A stretch of DNA of 11,251 nt from a virus, in the UHGV virus genome UHGV-1558646; one strand, 5' to 3'. Position 1 is the stretch's first letter. The number at the start of each line of letters is the position of its first letter. This document shows positions 5,757 through 11,251 of this stretch, piece after piece. Under the pieces are notes generated by a model. It searched no databases and was not told the DNA's origin. It saw nothing but the letters and a program-made list of their open reading frames with translations. The translations under genes were made by a program, and so were the position numbers.

Positions 5757-6782
5757 TTACGGGCGAGTGATGGTTGATGCGTTTCCGTTTTCTATTACAC
5801 CTGCTCGTATCGTGTAGCTTCCCAAGATTTTTACTGTCCTGTTTTCTTTCATTGCATCAAACAGTATGGCGATCTCGTCTTTATCATCTATGAACGACGT
5901 GTCCACCGAAACAGGGAAACTGTCTTCACTAGATGGTTCGCGGCAGCTTAGGGTTATCTTTTCCGCAGTACGCTTGATTCCATCAATGACTAATTCAAGG
6001 TTTCTTTCTTCTTTTTTTGCTTTTTCGATAGGGTTCTTGATTAGTTCGTGGATTTCTTTGTTAGACAGTTCAACTGTGCTTGCGCCTGATATGACAATTT
6101 TGTCAGCATCAGACGCGCCTTTTAATACCCCTGTATACGCTTTTGCAGTATGCTCTTGAATCCCTTCGGCGCGCTCTACTGCATCTATGCCCGCTTTAGC
6201 TCTAATCGCCTCAAGCATTCCGTCCCTTAATATCGTCATGCGCTCGTTTTCTGATTTAATCTTGGCTTCTTCGAGCTTTGTTTCTTCTTGCTTGACTTCT
6301 ACTTCGGCTTTTTTCTCTAAGTATGATGTACCAACCCATGCACCGCCTATAACGGTGACAGCAAACAAGAAGCATAATGTTTTTTGGCTAGGACTCATAC
6401 CGTGTGTTACCTTCTCAAAGGCTTTACCGAATGCTTCAAAAAGCTCTGTTAATGCAGCAAGTATATCAGTACAACCTTCATTAATGGTAAAGATGATCTC
6501 TGCTTCCTCTTTATCTTTACCAGTTAACCTTTGAAGGTTGTCAGTTTTATATTTTATTAGTGTGAAAACTTTATAAATTTCAGTCTGAAATTCGCATAAA
6601 CCCTGAGCTAGAGGAGATGGAAGCGTTCCGTTGTAGCGAGAAGGATCACCATAAATCTTAAAATTCACATTATTGAAGAGGTCTAACTTGATCCTGTCGA
6701 TAGTGATCTCTTCGCCACCATCTAACCTTGCAAACAAAGATTCAATGTCGTCCAGACTTGAAACATTAATAATATCTTTCAT
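5757..6782 (-). CDS. Unknown membrane-anchored coiled-coil protein (341 aa) in the rexAB-equivalent slot; candidate exclusion/abortive-infection gene
   Basis: ORF track 5757..6782. ATG at 6782 with SD GAAGGTG. One predicted TM helix (TLCFLFAVTVIGGAWVGTSYL, about residues 136-156) followed by a K/E-rich coiled-coil. AT-rich relative to the repressor and replication genes. 80 bp downstream of the repressor stop on the same strand. Confidence 0.7.
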   Translation of the reverse strand: MKDIINVSSLDDIESLFARLDGGEEITIDRIKLDLFNNVNFKIYGDPSRYNGTLPSPLAQGLCEFQTEIYKVFTLIKYKTDNLQRLTGKDKEEAEIIFTINEGCTDILAALTELFEAFGKAFEKVTHGMSPSQKTLCFLFAVTVIGGAWVGTSYLEKKAEVEVKQEETKLEEAKIKSENERMTILRDGMLEAIRAKAGIDAVERAEGIQEHTAKAYTGVLKGASDADKIVISGASTVELSNKEIHELIKNPIEKAKKEERNLELVIDGIKRTAEKITLSCREPSSEDSFPVSVDTSFIDDKDEIAILFDAMKENRTVKILGSYTIRAGVIENGNASTITRP

Positions 6783-6862
6783 TACAACACCTTCGGCACA
6801 ACCTTGCTAGTTAAATTAGTGATTATAAAAATTGGATACTTACCAGCTATGTGACGATGAAG

Positions 6863-7570
6863 TCACGAACTTTTCAGCCACTCCCTTGCCTCGATGTCAT
6901 CCAGATGGCGAGATTGCTTCAGAATACCAGCCACATACTCCACCTTTGCTACTTGATGATAAGGCAACGTTATTGGCCTGTGGTCTTGGTTGATGCTTGT
7001 AAATTGGTATTCTCCATCTCTGTCATAGCCAAGAACCTTAATCATGTTGTGTCCTTCAACGGTTCTGACAAACACCTCATCACCCGGGAATACTTTGGTG
7101 TTAGGCTCAATGAGTACATATTCTCCTGATTTTATTCTGGGCCACATGCTGTCTCCTTTCACACGAAGGCCAAAGGCATCTGGATCATCGCTATAAATTT
7201 TGAGCCACCCATCGCGCTCTTCGGTCATCTCGATGGCACCATCAACACCAAGAATTGCCTCACCAACCACGCGCACTAACCCTTTTTTTAATTTGCCAAC
7301 AAATGAAAGAGTATCTTCATCATTCGCTCCATTTAACGAAGTGCCGTGCTGAAGCCAAACAACATCAACGTTTAGAAATTTCGCAAGCGCATTCATTTTT
7401 TCCTGACGCGGTAAAGACTCAGCATTAAACCATTTGCTAACGCCTTTGGACGAAAGAGAAAGGGCACGGGCTATAGCCATTCCCCTACCATGTTCATCAA
7501 GACCAGCTTCTTTACAGGCTTGCGCTAGCCGCTGGGCGAATTCTTTGCGCACTTTTTCATTCTGAACCAT
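6863..7570 (-). CDS. cI: Prophage repressor, cI-type (N-terminal HTH plus C-terminal S24 LexA-like autopeptidase, 235 aa)
   Basis: S24 signature VKGDSMWPRIKSGEYVLIEP...GDEVFV with a downstream Lys (NMIKVL). N-terminal HTH-like segment. Divergent from cro across a 78-bp operator region. Not a lambda cI or P22 c2 sequence match. Confidence 0.85.
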   Translation of the reverse strand: MVQNEKVRKEFAQRLAQACKEAGLDEHGRGMAIARALSLSSKGVSKWFNAESLPRQEKMNALAKFLNVDVVWLQHGTSLNGANDEDTLSFVGKLKKGLVRVVGEAILGVDGAIEMTEERDGWLKIYSDDPDAFGLRVKGDSMWPRIKSGEYVLIEPNTKVFPGDEVFVRTVEGHNMIKVLGYDRDGEYQFTSINQDHRPITLPYHQVAKVEYVAGILKQSRHLDDIEAREWLKSS

Positions 7571-7648
7571 GAGTACGATACTAAAGCACTTGCAAAAACT
7601 TTCAGTTCAATCATAATGCGTACTGAAAGTACGAAAAAGGATATCCCT
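7571..7648. promoter_or_regulatory. cI-cro intergenic switch: candidate PR and PRM promoters with palindromic operator sites
   Basis: Palindrome CGTACTGAAAGTACG at 7619..7633 and related inverted site AACTTTCAGTT at 7597..7607. Candidate PR -35 TTGCAA (7590..7595) and -10 CATAAT (7612..7617). Minus-strand TAGTAT -10 (7583..7578) ends about 7 nt before the cI ATG, implying a near-leaderless cI mRNA. Confidence 0.5.
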
Positions 7649-7876
7649 ATGCAAAATCTTGATGAGCCGATTAAAGGTGTCGGCATCCCTGAAGTTGCGA
7701 AGGCTTGTGGAGTTAGCGAAAGAGCTGTCTATAAGTGGCTCAAAAACGGCTTCCTCCCTAAGACTGAGTTTTTTGGGAAAACGAAATACGCATCAAAAAT
7801 CGAAGAGATTTCTGGTGGCAAATATCAAGCAAGCGAAATGCTTGAAATAAGCAAAAAGAACCTTCTGGCTGCATAA
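7649..7876 (+). CDS. cro: Cro-type HTH regulator (75 aa)
   Basis: ATG at 7649 with SD AAGGAT at 6-nt spacing; the ORF-track start at 7616 would place the operator palindrome inside the coding sequence. HTH segment GIPEVAKACGVSERAVYKWLK. Position divergent from the repressor. Confidence 0.65.
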   Translation: MQNLDEPIKGVGIPEVAKACGVSERAVYKWLKNGFLPKTEFFGKTKYASKIEEISGGKYQASEMLEISKKNLLAA

Positions 7877-7883
7877 GTAACAC

Positions 7884-7929
7884 CGCTATTTTCACAATGG
7901 ACATTCGTCCTACGTCGCTGACAAAGCGA
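7884..7929 (+). promoter_or_regulatory. nutR: boxA-like CGCTATTTTCACA plus boxB hairpin TCGCTGACAAAGCGA
   Basis: boxB at 7915..7929 has a 5-bp stem and the same GACAA loop as nutL. boxA-like element at 7884..7896 resembles the lambda boxA consensus CGCTCTTACACA. Lies between cro and cII as in lambda. Confidence 0.5.
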
Positions 7930-8014
7930 GTCCCAATATATCTGACCAACTAAGGCCATATGCGTTTCCACGCATACCTTTCAACTAACTATTCACTATT
8001 GGAAATCTTAAGAA

Positions 8015-8311
8015 ATGGAACAAACAAGTTACAGCAAACTATCACAGCGTGACGTTGATCGCGCAGAAACAGATTTACTCATCAACCTGTCAACTATTAC
8101 CCAGCGCGGTCTGGCAAAGATGATTGGCTGTCATGAATCGAAGATAAGCAGGACGGACTGGAGATTTATTGCTTCGGTCCTGTGTGCTTTCGGAATGGCA
8201 TCAGACATCAGTCCGATTAGCAGGGCTTTTAAGTATGCGCTTGATGGAATCACCAATAAAAAACGCCCGGCGGCAACCGAGCGTTCTGATCAAATACAAA
8301 TGGAATTTTAA
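8015..8311 (+). CDS. cII: CII transcriptional activator (98 aa)
   Basis: C-terminus ...ITNKKRPAATERSDQIQMEF is near-identical to lambda CII (recalled: ...ILTNKKRPAATERSEQIQMEF). Positioned downstream of cro and nutR. Confidence 0.85.
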   Translation: MEQTSYSKLSQRDVDRAETDLLINLSTITQRGLAKMIGCHESKISRTDWRFIASVLCAFGMASDISPISRAFKYALDGITNKKRPAATERSDQIQMEF

Positions 8312-8333
8312 CAACATCCAACGAGGTAATTAT

Positions 8334-8477
8334 ATGCGAAAAACGCAGGAAAATAAACGCGTTAATCACCGAAAAGATGTGCTACGTGACCAGTTTTATC
8401 AGGGAGTTAATCCAGCAATAGCTGTGCCACTGAGAGAAATACTTAACAGGTACAAAACTTCGGAGAAGTCAAAATGA
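8334..8477 (+). CDS. Small basic hypothetical protein (47 aa)
   Basis: ATG at 8334 with SD GAGG at 7-nt spacing. TGA overlaps the ATG of the replication initiator (ATGA). The ORF-track version (8169..8477) overlaps cII in another frame, so the internal start is preferred. Confidence 0.4.
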   Translation: MRKTQENKRVNHRKDVLRDQFYQGVNPAIAVPLREILNRYKTSEKSK

Positions 8478-9205
8478 GCATGAATCTTATGGCTAAGGCC
8501 ATGAATATAAAGGTTGGCAACCCACTGAGAAAACTGGTTCTGATTAAACTTGCCGATAACGCCAATGATAATGGCGAATGCTGGCCTTCATATCAACATG
8601 TCGCTGACCAGTGTGAGGTGAGCAGATCGACAGTAAAAAGTCACATTAGGGCACTGGAAGAGATGGGTCTTTTGAAAAGGGAATGCAGAAGAAAAGGAGA
8701 GCTTAACCAGTCAAACGTTTTTTATCTGACGCTGGATAATGCACAACAAATCCCACCAGAATCAGGTGGGGCAGGAGCTGCCCCCAGAACCTATCACTCT
8801 TTTGAACCAGTCAATGAACCTAAAAACATTATGTTCGAACATGTCCGAACGGAGTGGGAAAAAACTCCTGACCGTCACGAAGAAACCGACAAGGCATTCG
8901 AGGAAATATTCTGGTGTGCAGGCATGCGGAAAGCCGGGAAGAAAAACGCAGCTTCAGCATTCAGAACACAGTTCAGGGAATGGCGTAAAACTACCAGGGG
9001 TACGGCAAGCGAGTTTGCCACGATGCTGGCAGAAGACATCGCATGCAGGAATGGTAAGCAGTTCGGATTCGACAGGTTGTTACCATCGAGCTACCTGAAC
9101 GGTCAACGCTGGAACGACGAGAAGCCAGAAACTATTCAACCACAATCCAAACCATCATCCGCAATCACCGTATCGAAAACTGGCTACGTGTTTTTCGACA
9201 GGTGA
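8474..9205 (+). CDS. Replication initiator / replisome organiser, O-like, with N-terminal HTH (243 aa)
   Basis: N-terminal LVLIKLADNANDNGECWPSYQHVADQCEVSRSTVKSHIRALEEMGLL resembles the HTH domain of phage replication initiators. Low-complexity linker PPESGGAGAAP. Located in the lambda O position. Confidence 0.7.
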   Translation: MSMNLMAKAMNIKVGNPLRKLVLIKLADNANDNGECWPSYQHVADQCEVSRSTVKSHIRALEEMGLLKRECRRKGELNQSNVFYLTLDNAQQIPPESGGAGAAPRTYHSFEPVNEPKNIMFEHVRTEWEKTPDRHEETDKAFEEIFWCAGMRKAGKKNAASAFRTQFREWRKTTRGTASEFATMLAEDIACRNGKQFGFDRLLPSSYLNGQRWNDEKPETIQPQSKPSSAITVSKTGYVFFDR

Positions 9206-9208
9206 ACC

Positions 9209-9316
9209 ATGAAATCCAGAATCAAATCGTTACTTATCGCTGGCTATAACCATGGCTGGCTTAGTTCTGCATTCGTTGAGTTCTGGTTTAACCGTCTCGA
9301 TCTGAGGTCAGCGTAA
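9209..9316 (+). CDS. Possible small ORF (35 aa) between the initiator and the primase
   Basis: ATG at 9209 follows AGGTGA. Translation MKSRIKSLLIAGYNHGWLSSAFVEFWFNRLDLRSA. Its TAA overlaps the primase ATG (TAATG). Below the ORF-track size cutoff. Confidence 0.3.
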   Translation: MKSRIKSLLIAGYNHGWLSSAFVEFWFNRLDLRSA

Positions 9317-11196
9317 TGACTCCAAGTGAACTGAGCGACCTGCTTTGGGCGCAGGTTGACAGGGTGGCTCCGCACCTGTTGCCAAACGGCAAGAAAGAGG
9401 GGCATGAGTGGGTTGCCGGTAACGTTAACGGTGACAAGGGAAACAGCCTTAAGGTCAACCTTAGCGGCAAGAAAAAATGGGCTGATTTCGCTGAGGGAGA
9501 CGGCGGTGACATGCTTGATTTGTGGATGGCATGTCGTGGAATTAACCTGCATCAGGCTATGCAGGAAGCGAAAGCATTTCTCGGTATCAAGGATGACGAT
9601 CACCATTTCGATGCCAGACGTGAGAAGAAATTCTCCAGACCTGATCGCAAGAAAATCGCCAGTTACGTTACCAGAACAGAATCCCATCTTGAGTACCTGC
9701 AATCGCGTGGCATATCGCCAGAAGTCGTAAAGCGCTACGAGGTTGTCAGCGGCAAGGTGTGGAATGGAGAGCGGGAACTGGATGCTCTGGTGCTTCCGTA
9801 CAAACGCGATGGTGAGTTGTTGCAGGTCAAGCGAATCAGCACTGAGCGCCCGGACGGGAAGAAAGTCATTATGGCAGAAGGTGATTGCGAACCTTGTCTG
9901 TTCGGATGGCAGGCTCTGGACGCTGGCGTGAGGGCGGTTGTACTTTGCGAAGGCGAAATTGATTGTATGAGCTATGCGCAATACGGCATCTCGGCGTTAT
10001 CCGTGCCGTTTGGTGGCGGGAAAGGCGCTAAGCAGCAGTGGATTGAGTTTGAGTATCACAACCTCGACAGGTTTGAGGAAATATTCATCTCGATGGATGT
10101 TGATGATGTTGGTCGTGAAGCCGCAAGGGAAATCGCAAGCCGACTCGGTGAACATCGTTGCCGTCTTGTTACTCTGCCGTACAAAGACATCAACGAATGC
10201 CTGATGAACGGTGTTACCGAGGATGAAATCTGGCAGTACATCGGCACGGCATCCTACTTCGATCCTGAAGAACTCTACAGCGCGCGAGAGTTTTACCAGG
10301 ACACTATCAACGCTTTCTACGGCAAGCAGCAGTATCTGTTTAATCCACCGTGGGAATCTCTGGCAGATAAATTCCAGTTCCGTGAGGCCGAGTTGACGCT
10401 GGTCAATGGTGTGAACGGTCACGGAAAAACGGAGGTTGTCGGGCATATGGCACTTGAGGCAATGCGTCAGGGTGTGAAGACGTGCATCGCGTCACTTGAG
10501 CTGAAGCCTGGTATTCTCCTTAAGCGCCTTACCCGTCAGGCGACGTGCTGCAAGATGCCGCCAGTGCTGGAAATTGACTCTGCATTTAAATTTTATGACG
10601 AAAGACTTTGGGTGTTTGGCCTGACCGGAACGGCGAAAGCCGACAGGCTGATCGAAATATTCGACTACGCTCGCCGCCGATACGGTATCCAGTTATTCAT
10701 CATCGACAGCCTGATGAAATGTGGCATAGGCGACGATGACTATAACGGGCAGAAGGCGTTTGTTGACTCGATTTGCGACTTCAAAAACAAAACAAACTCC
10801 CACGTCATTCTCGTTACTCACTCGCGAAAAGGAGACAGCGAAGAAAAACCAACCGGGAAAATGGACGTAAAAGGCTCTGGAGCGATAACAGACCTGACAG
10901 ACAACCTTTTTATCATCTGGCGTAACAAGGCTCGCGAGAGAGCGTTACAGAGAGTTCAAAGCGGTGAACAGATGTCAGAGAAGGACGAACAGCTACTGGT
11001 GTCTCCGGCATCTGTTTTGTTGCTTGAAAAACAACGTAACGGTGAAGGTTGGGAAGGTGGTATCCCGTTGTTCCTTGACGAGCAATCGCACCAGTTCCTG
11101 CAACTTGAATCAGGATCTCCATATAGCTACATCGCCAATATGCCGAAATCGGAATATGACGAGGCGTGGAGACAGGAAAACGTGACGGAGTATTAA
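9316..11196 (+). CDS. Bifunctional DNA primase (TOPRIM) / RecA-fold DnaB-like replicative helicase (626 aa)
   Basis: TOPRIM motifs VVLCEGEIDCMSYAQ (catalytic Glu) and ISMDVDDVGREA (DxD). Helicase Walker A NGVNGHGKTEV and Walker B LFIIDSLMK. SD GAGGT before the ATG at 9316. Confidence 0.85.
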   Translation: MTPSELSDLLWAQVDRVAPHLLPNGKKEGHEWVAGNVNGDKGNSLKVNLSGKKKWADFAEGDGGDMLDLWMACRGINLHQAMQEAKAFLGIKDDDHHFDARREKKFSRPDRKKIASYVTRTESHLEYLQSRGISPEVVKRYEVVSGKVWNGERELDALVLPYKRDGELLQVKRISTERPDGKKVIMAEGDCEPCLFGWQALDAGVRAVVLCEGEIDCMSYAQYGISALSVPFGGGKGAKQQWIEFEYHNLDRFEEIFISMDVDDVGREAAREIASRLGEHRCRLVTLPYKDINECLMNGVTEDEIWQYIGTASYFDPEELYSAREFYQDTINAFYGKQQYLFNPPWESLADKFQFREAELTLVNGVNGHGKTEVVGHMALEAMRQGVKTCIASLELKPGILLKRLTRQATCCKMPPVLEIDSAFKFYDERLWVFGLTGTAKADRLIEIFDYARRRYGIQLFIIDSLMKCGIGDDDYNGQKAFVDSICDFKNKTNSHVILVTHSRKGDSEEKPTGKMDVKGSGAITDLTDNLFIIWRNKARERALQRVQSGEQMSEKDEQLLVSPASVLLLEKQRNGEGWEGGIPLFLDEQSHQFLQLESGSPYSYIANMPKSEYDEAWRQENVTEY

Positions 11197-11251
11197 ATGA
11201 CCATCTACATCACTGAGCTTGTAACAGGCCTGCTGGTAATCGCAGGCCTTT
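11197..11251 (+). CDS. Start of next gene (partial, 18 aa visible, hydrophobic N-terminus)
   Basis: ATG at 11197 immediately after the primase TAA, with SD GACGGAG 6 nt upstream. Translation MTIYITELVTGLLVIAGL... runs to the window end. Confidence 0.3.
   Translation, partial: MTIYITELVTGLLVIAGL

Larger units (their letters stand above)
1..11251. mobile_element. Lambdoid prophage segment: leftward early operon, immunity region and replication module
   Basis: Gene order and orientation match lambdoid phages: N, cIII, kil and a recombination module on the minus strand; repressor divergent from cro; then cII, an O-like initiator and a primase-helicase on the plus strand. nutL and nutR boxB hairpins are present. 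Confidence 0.8.

Noticed and set aside
5612-5769. About 52-aa plus-strand ORF (MWLMKVMRQG...) in the PL intergenic region
   Set aside because: It has no usable SD (AAGGAAA is 13 nt away) and reads straight through the GC hairpin of the terminator at 5726..5743. More likely a chance open frame in a regulatory region.
6863-7570. Calling the repressor a lambda cI or P22 c2 orthologue
   Set aside because: The sequence shares only the generic HTH-plus-S24 architecture. It does not resemble lambda cI or P22 c2 as I recall them, and the operators differ, so it is annotated only as a cI-type repressor of a distinct immunity group.
8739-9098. 119-aa plus-strand ORF in an alternative frame of the replication initiator gene
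   Set aside because: It overlaps the initiator CDS in another frame, and the initiator frame carries the recognisable HTH domain. No independent start signal.
9244-9981. 245-aa minus-strand ORF antisense to the primase-helicase gene (also 9288..9512, 9997..10446, 10056..10247, 10913..11122)
   Set aside because: These lie entirely inside the well-supported plus-strand TOPRIM/helicase CDS. They have no RBS and a Ser/Leu/Arg-rich composition typical of antisense frames of a GC-balanced gene.
1-11251. CRISPR arrays, tRNA/rRNA genes, integrase/attachment site, IS elements
   Set aside because: No regularly spaced direct repeats, no cloverleaf-like or rRNA-like segments, no tyrosine-recombinase motifs and no terminal inverted repeats with transposase ORFs were seen. 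The integrase and att site presumably lie beyond the left edge of the window.

Overview
The window is the early-left, immunity and replication region of a lambdoid (P22/lambda mosaic) enterobacterial prophage. The minus strand carries a leftward early operon running from a P22-type N antiterminator with its nutL boxB hairpin, through an unknown 207-aa gene, cIII/kil, a Sak4-like ATPase with its partner protein, an ead/Ea22-like gene, to a partial DUF551-like gene at the window edge. The immunity core is a LexA-like (S24 peptidase) repressor at 6863..7570 (-), divergent from cro at 7649..7876 (+) across a 78-bp operator region. It is followed by nutR, a cII closely matching lambda cII, an HTH replication initiator and a 626-aa TOPRIM primase fused to a RecA-fold helicase. 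The strongest candidate for novel biology is an AT-rich, single-gene insertion directly downstream of the repressor, in the slot lambda uses for rexAB: a 341-aa protein with one central transmembrane helix and a coiled-coil C-terminal half, ending in its own terminator. A second AT-rich gene of unknown function (207 aa) sits just downstream of N and is followed by two hairpin terminators. All calls rest on reading the sequence and on recalled family features; no database search was run.
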